Source: Podarcis erhardii
Lineage: Eukaryota
Assembly (NCBI GenBank): GCA_964252035.1
Contig: OZ176201.1
Direction: 5' to 3' (one strand)
Length of the DNA: 64,000 nt
Positions 25,133 to 37,541 of this stretch are shown piece after piece. The position numbers and the translations under genes were made by a program. Positions within the stretch are counted from its first letter, which is position 1. Every line of letters begins with the position of its first letter. A model generated the notes under the pieces. That model saw only the letters and a list, made by a program, of their open reading frames with translations, made no database searches and had not been told where the DNA came from.

Positions 25133-26155
25133 GTAAGTAATCCACTTTTCCGTTGTCTGATAATGTTTGTGCAAAGACAAAACAATTGTTAAATAGGCTT
25201 CAGATGGGCACTTGTTGGGACATAGTTTTAATGTGGCTTTTATGGGGCTGGAGCCAAAGTGTCTTCTGCTCAAGAACACCTCCCACTTTGAGTGTTGGGA
25301 GAGAAAAGTGAAACTAATCCAAATATGTTTTTCTGAGAAAGCAAACAGTAGCTTGAGGCTTGCCATAGAGCCTGCCTGTTTGAGCACTGTGTGTCCTTGT
25401 TTGCAGGAGCTTTGTTCCTTTTGCTTTTTGAATCCAAGCTGTACTTTTAAAGTTTGGCGGCCATGCTGTAGAGTTAGGCTTGGTAATAATATAATGAGAA
25501 GGGGGTAAAAGAATGTAGTTTACTTCAGACTGCTGGTTTAGTGATGGCATTTTTGAGTGCTTTTTTGTGCAACAACTTCTCACTAGTAGAAACCTAGAAA
25601 AGGGGGTGCTCTGTGTTTGTGTTTTAGTTTTTACTTCTAGGACGTTTCATACATAAGGAGCAATAAAAAAATAGCACCCACCCCCTACCTGCAGCTTGAA
25701 GTGGTGTTATCTATTGTCCCTTCCATTTTGCTGCATATGTACATCATGCCTCGATTTATAGGCTGAAAAGCATTGCAGTTTCATTTTTTAGTTTTTCGTT
25801 AAAATGCTGCTTGGGTGTGCATGGAAATATCTAAAAAAGAATAAGGGTTCAGTGGATTTGTTCTTTTTGTTCCACAGGTGCCATGTAGTTATTTTTTAAG
25901 GTGAAATATATTTCTATTTTATGTGTGATACCTGTTAAATCTGCTTTTTTGTTTCTACATTTGGACTTTTTCTGCATATGGAATTTTTCTACCTGCATTA
26001 TGTGTTGTGAGTGCTTAGCAGCACTTTAGCAGGATCAGCTCCCCCATTCATTAACATAAACAAGTATAGAAATATTTGCAACAGACATGTTAAAAGCTAA
26101 GTTGGAATTTTTATATTGTGGAAGTGACTTCTGAACAAGGAGATTTGCCTTTTAG

Positions 26156-26305
26156 GAGGGGAAAACAATTAAGAAGAGCAGCGGGTTTTCTGGGAAAGGA
26201 TTCAAGTTTGATGAAACTGAGGAGGCTTTGGCTAATGAGCGGAAGAAATTACAAAAAGCTGCACTTGGCTTGCAAGATTCAGATGATGAAGATACGGCAG
26301 TTTCA
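26156..26305 (+). CDS. DDX46: DDX46 exon 18
   Basis: EGKTIKKSSGFSGKGFKFDE...LQDSDDED; 150 nt. Confidence 0.96.
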
Positions 26306-26764
26306 GTAAGTATTTAAATTTACTTTTTAGTATAGCATTTTTTCATATATATACATAGTAACTACAGAATTGTGACTTGCTCTTTCTGCTTCTGTTCAGA
26401 TTGATTTCACAAAAACATGGTTGCTTTTTAGCTGAATTTCCTTTTAATATACAATTAAAAGGATTTTTGGCATTCAGATGCTTCATACTCTTTACATTAA
26501 ATGGAAACTGAATACTGGATGGCATCCAACCTTGCACAAGTGGACATCCCCTCATGCAGCAGGAGTTTCCTGTCTTCACCTTTTGTAGGCCCCTGGGAGC
26601 TCCCAGGCTTCACTCCAAAAGATTGTCAGATCGGCTGGATCAGATTTGGGGACATGTGGGGGGCTTCAGGGTTGAGGAAAGGAAGGGAAGTCATGTTACA
26701 CAAGTGAAGTCCCTTGCAGAGATGGGCAGACATCACTGGATGTTACCCGCTGTTTATAACAAAG

Positions 26765-26945
26765 AACCTTGTGAGACCTTGAAGACTAACAGATTTATTA
26801 TATGTAAACTTTTGTGGGCTAAAGTCCAGTCCACTTCATCAGATACATTTGATGGAGTAGATTTTGGTCCATGACAGCTGTATATCATAAGAAATTTGAT
26901 ACCCTTCAATGAGTCACAAGGCTCCTCATTGTTTTTTTCTGCAGT
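26765..26945. mobile_element. Inverted pair of Penelope-type pseudo-LTR remnants
   Basis: Minus arm GTATCTGATGAAGTGGAC..GCCCAC..ATAATAAATCTGTTAGTCTTCAAGG; a decayed plus arm starts from the same centre (~26845). Confidence 0.7.
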
Positions 26946-27334
26946 GAACTAATTTATCTGCCTTTCTTGAAACTGTTTATAATGAAGGTCAGGCATGGTT
27001 TTCAAGTTTTGATGATTTTTCTATTGCCTTTCACTCAAAATGAGACTGTCAATACCCCAGGCTGAATTATTTCAGAGACTGATTTTTGCTTTTATTCATA
27101 TAATAGGTGGAATTTGGCGTTGCACACATCAGATGGAACAATCCTGCCTACACTGTGCTTTTCTGGGGGGTTCTGACCTCCCCCAGAGCCAATTGTGGGG
27201 GTCACACAGGGGGAGGAGATGGGAGAAGCCCCATTACAAAAGGAAAAGCCTTTGCACTGGGCTTCCACTGACAGAGTTGACCATAATTTCCAGAAACTTG
27301 AAATTACATTGTTTTTTTTTTTCTTTTTCAATAG

Positions 27335-27511
27335 ATTGACGAGCAGATTGAAAGTATGTTCAATTCAAAGAAAAGAGTAAAGGACATGGCATCATCTGGT
27401 GGGACATCTAATGTTCCTGCCCCAACAGCAGGAAATGCAGAAAAGTTAGAAATTGCTAAGAGATTGGCATTGAGAATCAATGCACAGAAGAATCTTGGAG
27501 CCGAGGCACAA
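27335..27511 (+). CDS. DDX46: DDX46 exon 19
   Basis: IDEQIESMFNSKKRVKD...AKRLALRINAQKNLG; 177 nt. Confidence 0.95.
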
Positions 27512-28524
27512 GTATTGGTCTCTTTTCAATTTAAGGTCACCCTCCTTTACAAAGCAAACATTTCTAAACTTTTATTGAATATGTTATATGTTGCCAACTG
27601 CATCCAGTAGAATTCTCATTATCTGGACAACCCTAAGAGACACACACATTTACACTGGGGTAAAAAATGGTGTAGACATTGTTTACAGAGTTCTGTATTA
27701 AAAAATGCTCAGTTTTGATTGACACAAAACCATACAGTCCAAGTTAAGCAAAAAATTCACATTCCCTTTTAATGCCTTTCTGTGGTTCTATATATGAAAC
27801 TATCCCAGAAGTGAGGAGTGAAGTATTTATTTTGAATAGCTGCTACAGCAGGGATGAAGAACCAGATGTTGCTGGGCAGTCTAGGAATTTGATGGCCTGG
27901 TTAGCAGAGCAGAGGGCACAGGGCATGAAAAGGAATTCATATATGGGAGGTCCAGATAACCAAAAGTTCCACTGCATATATGTTGGCAATATTTGAAGTG
28001 TTTTTGATGTGACTGTTGATGCAGAAATTCAAAGTATTAGTGCCAGTAACTGGGCCAACTATGAAAGTTATAAATACCTTAATAATTTTTCAAGGTCCCT
28101 AAAAAAAAGTCATTACCCATATTTGATATGCAAATATGCCTTTTTTAACAAAAGTTCTTTGTAGAATGGTATTTCTGCATGAACAGTTTTTTTGTGGTTG
28201 GCTGTTAGCATGCTCAGTAACAGTGATTACTGAATAAGAATTTTCTCATTTTTGTCATTCTCATTTTTTTCATGAACGCTTCAGTCCCAGTTTGGGATAG
28301 ATAGCAAAAAATAGGTGCCTATTTAGTCCCAGAGGACATTAAATAAAATTAAGTAATATGTTTGTTGACCAAAAAACAAGGGAAATAGAAAAGGGAAAAG
28401 AAAAGATAAGAAAAAAGTGCACCAGTACTATAAATATGTATGTTCTAATACTAAACAGGCCCAACTTATTTCAGCCATAAAGTTAATATCTGAAAATATA
28501 AGGGTGTGGTGACTTTTGCTTCAG

Positions 28525-28615
28525 TGTATCTGAAGAACTGTGCATGCACACGAAAGCTCGTACCAATAATAAACTTAGTTGGTCTCTTAAGGTGCTACTG
28601 GAAGGAATTTTTTAA
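28525..28615 (+). mobile_element. Penelope-type pseudo-LTR fragment with hammerhead core
   Basis: GTATCTGAAGAACTGTGCATGCACACGAAAGCTCGTACCAATAATAAACTTAGTTGGTCTCTTAAGGTGCTAC. Confidence 0.75.
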
Positions 28616-29521
28616 TCTGAAAATGGGTTACTGTTCATATACTTTTTGCTCTGCATGAGCTACTTCCTAGGTCAGCAGTATTTTGCCCACTATTTGTGTG
28701 CAATGTGGAGAACATGCCAGAATCATGAGTTAATGCAAAGTTCCCGGAAAACCTTAAACAGGATCTCTTTTCTCTGCAACAATATTTTGACACTTACTTT
28801 TTTGGTCTGAGCTATCTTCTCTGACTTACTCTAACCGATCTAGGAACATAGAGGGAATCATACTATAATGGCCAGTGTTGGCCATGCCACCACAGTACTA
28901 TCAGGGAGGGGTGTATGACACATGCCCTGGTTGCTGAGGCAGCTGTGCGGACGCTCCCTGCCTTGCTGTGTGGCAGTGAAACTGCCACAGTGCAGTAAAA
29001 TCGGGAGCATTCCCATTGCTGAAGCACCTCAGTCACTTTTTCCTATCTTGGCATGCTGAGGTAATTTCACTGCACTGCAAGAGAGTGTGTTGGCTCAGTT
29101 GTCTTGGTAACCAGAGGCATTAAAATGCTACAGAATTTATTTGCTGCTCTTTCAGCACAGACTCTCAGAGCAACTAACAGTCATAACATAAAACTAAACA
29201 GTAAAAATTTAGTTACAATCATAAATAAATAAATGCAGCAGAGCAATAAAAACATATGAAAAGCCTCCTGTCACAGAAAAAAAAAAAGAGCAACCAGTTA
29301 TAACAGCTAGTTGAATGATCAGTGACTGGTTGGGATCATTCAGAGAATAAATAGCATGCCAGTCAGATTATCACTAGCTGGTAAAAGACATCACCATACT
29401 AATTTTATATTACTTTTGGGTGTAATCTCTTCAATTCTATTGGTCCTAGGATTTTATGTTTGGGGTGAGTTCATTTTGCTAAGAAGCGGAGGGTTTTTCT
29501 CATAGAAGGTATTTCATGGTA

Positions 29522-29739
29522 CAGTGGTACCTCGGGTTACAGACGCTTCAGTTTACAGACTCCTCTAACCCAGAAATAGTACCTTGGGTTAAAAACTTTG
29601 CTTCAGGAAGAGAACAGAAATTGTGCGGCGCCGGCGGCAGGAGGCCCCATTAGCTAAAGTTGTACTTCAGGTTAAGAACAGTTTCAGGTTAAGAATGGAC
29701 CTCCAGAACGAATTAAGTTCTTAACCCAAGGTACCACTG
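29522..29739. mobile_element. Tc1/mariner MITE, family A (opposite orientation to 2318)
   Basis: Same TIRs and TA flanks; internal sequence matches the reverse complement of the 2318 copy. Confidence 0.92.
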
Positions 29740-30989
29740 TACTAGGGCAAAACCCCATTCCAAACTTAGGCCAGAATCCAAAGATGCATGCAACTAATTG
29801 CATGCAGAAAATGCAGGTGTGGATTTCTGGAACAGCAGTGTTTGGAACAGAGGAGTTACAAATACAGTTTTTTGCCTAGCATTGTTTTCTTTTGTATAAC
29901 AAAAGCATCCTGAAACCCTTGGGCTTTTGGGATCTCCACCACTTGGTTGCTTATATAGAGTTGCAACCTAGGAAAGGGAGTCATAACTTGGGGGCAGCTG
30001 TTTTGAGAAAGTGCTTAATCCTGTTCCAGATTCTTTTCCTCTTATTATAAAGCTGTTAGTCCAAGCTCATTCTGCAAACAAGCCAACACAATACAGTTTA
30101 GGCCATGTTTATAGACATACCTGTATGTAAACCCGTGCAAAATTGGACAAGAGCCTGCTAACGCTTTTCAGCATTTTCATTTAAAAGCATAATTGGTAGC
30201 AAAATGCTGTTTTAGTTTTGTTAGGCCAAACTTGATGTGATGGGGCAGCCATGTTTATTTAGGAATATGTCTCACTTTCATGCCTTAATTGGGCAGACAT
30301 AAAAAAGAGTACATGGATGAGGGAAGCTAGGCCATCCCTTACTTTGCCTTGTGCTCCACTGCTTCAAAACACTCCCAGCCAACTCTAATATCTGAAGTGG
30401 AGAGAAAAACGCTTGCAGCAGAGGAAGCCAGCCGTTTCGGGCCAAGGAAAGAATAGCTCTCCTCACTGGCATATACGCCTAGGTGCAAAAAATAAAATAA
30501 AATAAAAATTCAAAAAGGACAGATGTTCTGCTTCATAGCTGCTCCAGTCACTTATAATTTGGCCCATAGCTGACCTACCCAGTTGATAATGAATTGAAGA
30601 GTTTGTAATGAGAGCAGCTCCACTGTTAAAATTTCAGGGTCTAACAATATATGAACAAGATCACTCTTGGAAAATACACTGTGTTGTTTATTATCTAAAT
30701 AAAAGATATATCCAGTATTGCAGATCTGTAGATTGTCACAGCAGTGGCCCTAGCCTGCATTATTTATTCTGGCAGTTCCTTCCAAAACCAGGGCACGTCA
30801 CATCTGCTATGACCTGGATTATAGCTAGTGCATTTCTGACCACTCTGTGTTTGATTTCAGGCTTAACTTTGAACACCAAGACCGCATGGTTCTGCTCATA
30901 ATTGTTTCAATTTTTTATGTGAGGTGTGCTGTGCTTATATATATAGTTGCTACTAGAATGCAAAGACTGTCTGAAGGCCCGTTTTTATG

Positions 30990-31160
30990 ATTAAAAATAG
31001 CAGTTTATGGCACTTTAAAAATTAAGAAATTTATTATGACATAGACTTTTATGGTTCATCATCCATGAAAGCTTATTCAATAATAAATTGGTTAGCCTTT
31101 AAGGTACCACAAGCATTTTTGTTTCCAGTCTTTTTAACTGCTTTTGCTGCAACAGGCTCG
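30990..31160. mobile_element. Inverted Penelope-type pseudo-LTR remnants, core deleted
   Basis: CCATGAAAGCTTATTCAATAATAAATTGGTTAGCCTTTAAGGTACCACAAG, with a mirrored decayed arm to the left. Confidence 0.6.
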
Positions 31161-31431
31161 CATGGCTACCCATCTGGGAATTTATATGATTAGTTATCCT
31201 GGGATAATATTGTCTTTGTTTCAGTTCAACATTTGTTTTGTTTGTACATCCAAGGGGGCTTGGGATTAGTCAGTGATAGGGATGTTTCATTTGTGCAGGT
31301 TTAGAATATATATGCACAGATGGTTATGAAACAACATTCATATGCTGATAAAATTCTTGTACTACCTTGTGCTGTGGTATGTTTCTGAAATTTGTTTTGT
31401 TTTGTTTTATTAAAAAAATACCTTATTACAG

Positions 31432-31650
31432 GATGTGATGCAGCAAGCTACAAATGCTATCCTGAGGGGTGGCACCATTCAGGCTCCAACCGTATCTGCA
31501 AAGACCATTGCAGAACAACTGGCTGAGAAGATCAATGCCAAGCTGAATTACGTGCCCATAGAGAAACAAGAGGAGGAAAAACAGGAAGGCGGACAAAATG
31601 AATCTTTTAAAAGATATGAGGAAGAACTGGAGATCAATGATTTCCCACAG
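31432..31650 (+). CDS. DDX46: DDX46 exon 20 (GC donor)
   Basis: DVMQQATNAILRGG...ELEINDFPQ; 219 nt; CAG|gcaaga. Confidence 0.94.
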
Positions 31651-32449
31651 GCAAGATTTTGTGGTGGTGGATTCTTCATATTGCAATGGTGGCTGGATAG
31701 CTCAGGGCTCTAGCTGGGAATCTAGTAGACAGTTTCTTGCTAGCATAGGTTCTTAATTGCCCTATCCATCCTTAATATTATCAACTGTTTAACTGCTGCT
31801 TGTGCAACTATGGACTTTCTCACTAGTCAGCAGCATTTGTGGTTTAATGAAGGATTGAAACTTTCACACTGAAAAAGATATTCTTCCACTGAATACGATT
31901 TCCTTACTTTTTGTTTTCTGACCAATATATTTTTTGTTGTCTTGAAAATTACTTTAAAAATATGTCGACTATATTCACATTTAATAATCCATTGACATTC
32001 TGCCAAATAATTTTTCTTTCCAACTCATAAAGGCACTTCAGAAGCTCACTGCAGAGACTTCATTCATGAACAAAACTACACTTTCACCAGGGTGGTTTTT
32101 AAATAAGAGATTATCTGAGGAAAGCTTGCACATATATATAGCTGTCTTCTGATAATGTTTTATATAGACTATTTCTGATACATTAAGAAGTGTTTAGCTT
32201 TTTACAATTGTCCTGCATAGTGATGAGAGAAAAGAACTATTAAATGGTGCTTGTATTTTTAATAAAATGTTATTTATAATATTTTTTTAAATATCAAAGC
32301 ATTAATCACTTACACTATCTCCCCATTTCTGGTTTCCGGTCATTCTGTTATGCTACTTACTGTGAAGTCCCTTTGTTTAGAATTCCACTTAGCCTTTTTA
32401 GATTTAATACTTAGCATCTTTCCTTTTCTTTGCTTCTTTTGTTTTACAG

Positions 32450-32594
32450 ACTGCCAGGTGGAAAGTAACATCAAAGGAAGCTCTGCACAGAATAAGTGAA
32501 TATTCTGAAGCTGCCATTACAATCAGAGGAACATACTTTCCTCCAGGCAAAGAGCCCAAAGAGGGAGAACGAAAAATTTACTTGGCCATTGAGA
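32450..32594 (+). CDS. DDX46: DDX46 exon 21
   Basis: TARWKVTSKEAL...TIRGTYFPPGKEPKEGERKIYLAIE; 145 nt. Confidence 0.96.
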
Positions 32595-32744
32595 GTGAGT
32601 ATTGCTAATCATTTCCACTAAAACAATATATTTAGTACAGTCTAACAATTGTTATGGGAAAACTCCCATTACAGCCGTCTGGTGAATGTAAAATGAATGC
32701 CACATAGGGCGTGTTTTTAGCAAGCATTGCAGCTAACTAGGCTA

Positions 32745-33387
32745 ACAATTCCGTGTCCAGGGCAGCTGTTTACCAGCTCCATCTGGTATGCAGGCTGAGA
32801 CTCTATCTGCCCGCGGACTGTCTTGCCAGAGTTGTGCATGCTCTAGTTGTCTCTCGCTTGGACTACTGCAATGCGCTCTATGTGGGGCTACCTTTGAAGG
32901 TGACCCGGAAACTACAACTAATCCAGAATGCAGCAGGTAGACTGGTGACTGGGAGCGGCCGCCGAGACCACATAATGCCGGTCTTGAAAGACCTACATTG
33001 GCTCCCACCACAATTCAAAGTGTTGGTGCTGACCTTTAAAGCCCTAAACGGCCTCGGTCCAGTATACCTGAAGGAGCGTCTCCACCCCCATCGTTGTACC
33101 CAGACACTGAGGTCCAGCACCAAGGGCCTTCTGGCGGTTCTCTCACTGCGAGAAGCCAAGTTACAGGGAACCAGGCAAAGAACCTTCTCGGTAGTGGCAC
33201 CCACCCTGTGGAACGCCTCCCACCAGATGTCAAAGAGAAAAACAACTACCAGACTTTTAGAAGACATCTGAAGGCAGCCCTGTTTAGGGAAGCTTTTAAT
33301 GTTTAATAGACTACTGTATTTAATATTTTGTTGGAAGCCGCCCAGAGTGCCTGGGGAAACCCAGCCAAATGGGCGGGGTATAAATAA

Positions 33388-33441
<54 letters not shown>
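32745..33441 (+). mobile_element. 5'-truncated L2 LINE (ORF2 C-terminal part, 3' UTR, (ATT)n tail)
   Basis: ORF 32753-33271 contains SRLDYCNALYVGLP..LQLIQNAAGRLV..HIMPVLKDLHWLP, typical of the L2 ORF2 C-terminus; ATT tail to 33441. Confidence 0.92.
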
Positions 33442-34484
33442 GAAAGTCAAGTGACTTGTGGTCCTGTGAAAAGATACCCAGACACATCTATTGTTGCTGT
33501 CTTAAAGGGCAAAAAAAAGGAATTCTGCCTTGTTCTAGAAAAGTTGGCACAGCAGGTGATATGTGCTGCTGTTCTCAGTGAGGTGGGAGAAGTGCTTGAC
33601 ACAAATATTGGCTGTAGTGATTAACCAGATAGTCGATTTGACACAAGCCAGTATTCAGGAGAGTACATCTGCAACGAGGTGTGGAAAACCTGCAATACTG
33701 AGCAGTTTCAGGAGTCAACATGGTCTGACATTTCCCTGTGTGCCCACACCAGCAGAGGGCTCACTGTTGACCAGAGTGTCTAAAGGAGCAAGTTGAACAA
33801 TAGTAGCTTTTACATTTTTAAATACTGCCATCTGGACTTCCCATTGGTTCACCTGGAGATGAAGGACAATGGATGTGTGTTCTGGTTACAGTGGTTACAT
33901 GGAGCATGGAGTTCAAACAAGCTGTCAGTTCATTACAAGCCACTTTTCCCATCAACCAGCCAGCGACTTGACCTTCTAAAGATATTTGCAATGATTTGTC
34001 AAAAGCAAGGGGAAGTGCAGGGCTTCTAGCGGTGGCATTTTTAAGCTGGAGCAAAACAAGTACCCAGACTTGACCAGGGTAACACACCAGAGTAGATTCA
34101 GGTTTGTCCTCCCCAACCGGAAATGCACATACAGTAGCAGGATGAAATGTCAGTGGTAGACAGGGCCTGTTCCCTGTCTTTCTCTCAACTGAAGGGGGTG
34201 AGCACACTCAACAGCATTGTTCTAGTTCTAAGACCAACACCAGACACTCCTGGCAGCCTCAGTTATTGGAGCAGGAATCTTCCATATTGTCAGATGTTTC
34301 CATGTGATGGGGAGGGGAGCCACATTAGGGCCAGAACTTAACAAGCTCTAAGGCATATACAAATTTGTATCACATCTTGCATGTATAGGTCATCTCAGCA
34401 AATGGGGCTCTTGGGATGCAGCAGGTAATTGCCTCTGCACATCAGCCACCATTTTACTTTTGGCTCCAGCTAGGAGGATGGTAA

Positions 34485-34828
34485 GGGATGTGGGTGGCGC
34501 TGTGGTCTAAACCACTGAGCCTTGGGCTTGCTGATCAGAAGGTCGGCGGTTTGAATCCCTGCGACGGTCCCAGCTCCTGCCAACCTAGCAGTTCAAAAGC
34601 ACGTCAAAGTGCAAATAGATAAATAGGTGGGAAGGTAAATGGTGTTTCCGTGTGCTGCTCTGGTTTCGCCAAAAGCGGCTTAGTCATGCTGGCCACATGA
34701 CCCGGAAAAACTGTTTGCGGATAAATGTCGGCTCCCTCGGCCAGTAAAGTGAGATGAGTGCCGCAACCCCAGAGTCATTCGCGACTGGACTTAACTGTCA
34801 GGGATCCTTTACCTTTTTTTATTTTTTA
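34485..34828 (+). mobile_element. Sauria-type SINE with ~20-bp internal deletion
   Basis: Same family; 13-bp TSD AGGA(G/A)GATGGTAA (34472-34484 and 34829-34841); lacks the GGTGAGCTCCCATTGCTC segment present at 23702. Confidence 0.92.
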
Positions 34829-35535
34829 AGGAAGATGGTAAAAAAGATTCTACAAGCCTCTTTTCCTACCTCTTATCTAACCACCGTCGGCCATAGCCAT
34901 AAGATGCTGCCAGTGTAACTTCAGGATGTTGAATTCTTAGTTACAGGCACATCTCACTTTTTGGGGGGGGGGGGGCTTTGCAGCCCATCATCGAGAAGGC
35001 CTCCTTTCAGATCACCACCCACAGTGTCTGCTGGGAGCAGGACATGGAGCAGGGTTCCCCTTATTTAATCAAAGTGTGCAGGCAGATTCATATGGGAAGC
35101 CACTGTTATAGACCTAAACTATTTTAATGGCTTTTAAATTTGGTGTAATGTTATAGAAAGAGAGAAATGCATCACTCCTGTGTAGCTATTCAGACATACA
35201 AAACTCACTAAATATGTAACCCTGGCAAGCACGTTCCCATACGTATATCCTTGTTATTAATTTTGGTGGGAACTCCATGCAAGCCCCATGGATTTAAGGT
35301 GACATGAGGGTGCTTGTTCCATTGTTCACTAATTTCTTCTTGCTGTTTTTGCTGAATTTCTTGGTAATGTGAATATGTATGTGTATAACATTATGAAACT
35401 TAATGTAGGTTTAATGTCACAATATACGAATTATTGGATTACTGAAGCACTTTCATGGCTACCAACACAATGTGATTCTTCTGTTTGCTTGCTTCGTCCT
35501 TGATGATTTAATTTTTGTTTACTTTCTGCTTTCAG

Positions 35536-35609
35536 GTGCCAATGAATTGGCTGTGCAGAAAGCAAAGGCAGAAATCACCAGGCTTATCAAAGAAGAGCTT
35601 ATCAGACTG
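35536..35609 (+). CDS. DDX46: DDX46 exon 22
   Basis: ANELAVQKAKAEITRLIKEELIRL; 74 nt. Confidence 0.96.
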
Positions 35610-37242
35610 GTAGGTGAAATAGTCATAATTTTTGTCTGAAATTCCAGGTATTTCATAGCACTTGTCAGCAGTGGGGAGCAGCTCACCCACGGGCTTAATT
35701 AGGCCTTTCAGGCTTCTCCTTTTGACATGTGGCATGAGTTTGGTCTAAACCACGCCCACCTGTCCAACACCTGACATCATGTGACAGCAGGTGAGGGACA
35801 GGTAAATTCACATGGTTAAAATGTAAAGGAATAAATAGGAGAGCAGTCAATTCATCCTTTCCAGCCACTGATAAAATTTGGCACTTTGGTATCTTTTTCT
35901 GTTGCCCTGCCAAATTTTAAAAAGCACCAGATTAAATGAAGAATGCATTTCTTCTTTTGCAGCAACAACTTGAATTCTGGGGTTTTCCTTTTGATCTTAG
36001 AAGTGTATTAAGCTAGAGCTGCAAAGGAAAAATCAGGAGCACGCTTAGAGATTCAAAGGAAAATCACCTGATGTCATATGACAGGTGGGCAGCCCCACCC
36101 ATGTGTAGAAACTGCTCAAGGAGCATGAAGGAATTCTGGATTAGCCAGATGCAGTTTGCCACTTGTGCTATATTTCCGCAATACACTCTGGACAGATTAA
36201 TCCTACAAAATTCATGGAGGGTGGGGGAGACTCATGGGTGAAGTAGCCTCCATTTCCAAAGCCCTACCAGGTTTATGCCAGACAGGGCAAAATATAGTTG
36301 TGTGGGTGGCTTTTTACCTAATCCTCCCTCTTTTTTCCTCACCAATTCCTTTGTTTGAAAAACCCTCCCATTGTTTCCAGTGGGAGGGGAAATAACCTAT
36401 ACCAGCTCCAGAACTGGTATAGTTACTCCTGTGTTCTCGAGGCATTTCTGGGAAATGGAGGAGCTTTGGATCCAGGAGAGCCAGTGCCTCCCCCAATCTG
36501 CCCTGACATGCTCCTGTAATGACTCGCTTTGTTTTCCTGCCTTCTGAGCAGAGGACAAATAAGCTGTGGCAGCAGGGCTTGGTGCTGCCGAACCAGTGAG
36601 GCCTCTGATCATGGTCCTCCCTTTCTAGTCATGGAGAGGAAGGTTCAAGTTATTCAGCAGCCTCCCAGGCGCCCTCCACAGAAGCATAGGATTGCTTCCT
36701 TAAGCTATTTATACTTAATACCTCAAATCCAGAAATACTGGACCAGTCAGCCCCCCAGTGTTCTTGCTAGTCTGTTATAGCAACAGATAGAGACAGAATA
36801 TTGTGAGGATTTTGCTGTTAGAGACATCTCCCCAAGGGGTTAACAAACCTATCCTTGTACATTAAAAAATTAAGAGGGTTGCATATGTGCTTCTTTGGAA
36901 ACATCTCTTACCTTTCCATAGAAGACAACTGATTTATTTCCTTTTGTAAATTGAAGCTTTCTTTTTTTCAAAACCAGTGTTAATAATTTTCTGCTCTGTA
37001 TCATGTTTCTTTTGGATTTGGATTTGGGAATCTTTGTTTATTCCATGGTGAGCTGACTTCAGACACTTAAGCTCACAATCAAATGCTTTATTGAGCTTTC
37101 CATTATGTGTTTCCTTGCCCTTAGACACTCTTGTTTTGCTACACTGTAATATACTTTTGTTACTGTTTTTATAGTTGAGTTGGCTTAGAAAGTATGCTAA
37201 CTACATGTCTGATTAATCGTATACTGCTTTCTTCTCTTACAG

Positions 37243-37290
37243 CAAAATTCATACCAACCAACCAACAAAGGAAGATACAAAGTTTTATAA
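37243..37290 (+). CDS. DDX46: DDX46 exon 23 coding part
   Basis: cag|CAAAATTCATAC...GTTTTATAA; QNSYQPTNKGRYKVL*. Confidence 0.95.
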   Translation, partial: QNSYQPTNKGRYKVL

Positions 37291-37535
37291 ATATTTGGAG
37301 TAAATATGTCTGCCAGTTTTCATTTGTGAAACTTGTCATTTCTGTTTATCTTTGCTATTTACACTGCTTATTGTAAATTACATTTTTTAATGTAGTCATG
37401 CTGGATTTTTTTAAAGATCAAAATTACTTTTGTGAGGGGGTCCTTTTCTGAACAGATTACAACAGTTTCAGGAGGGCATAATTAAAGTTTTTTTTTAAAA
37501 AAAAAATTGTGTGCTGTATACTTCTAAGTATACAG

Positions 37536-37541
37536 AATAAA
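37536..37541 (+). terminator. DDX46: DDX46 proximal polyadenylation signal
   Basis: AATAAA ~245 nt after the stop; upstream TGTA motifs; U-rich sequence downstream. Confidence 0.65.

Noticed and set aside
32753-33271. 172-aa ORF as a host gene
   Set aside because: It is the C-terminal part of a 5'-truncated L2 ORF2 with an internal deletion and no RT catalytic core.
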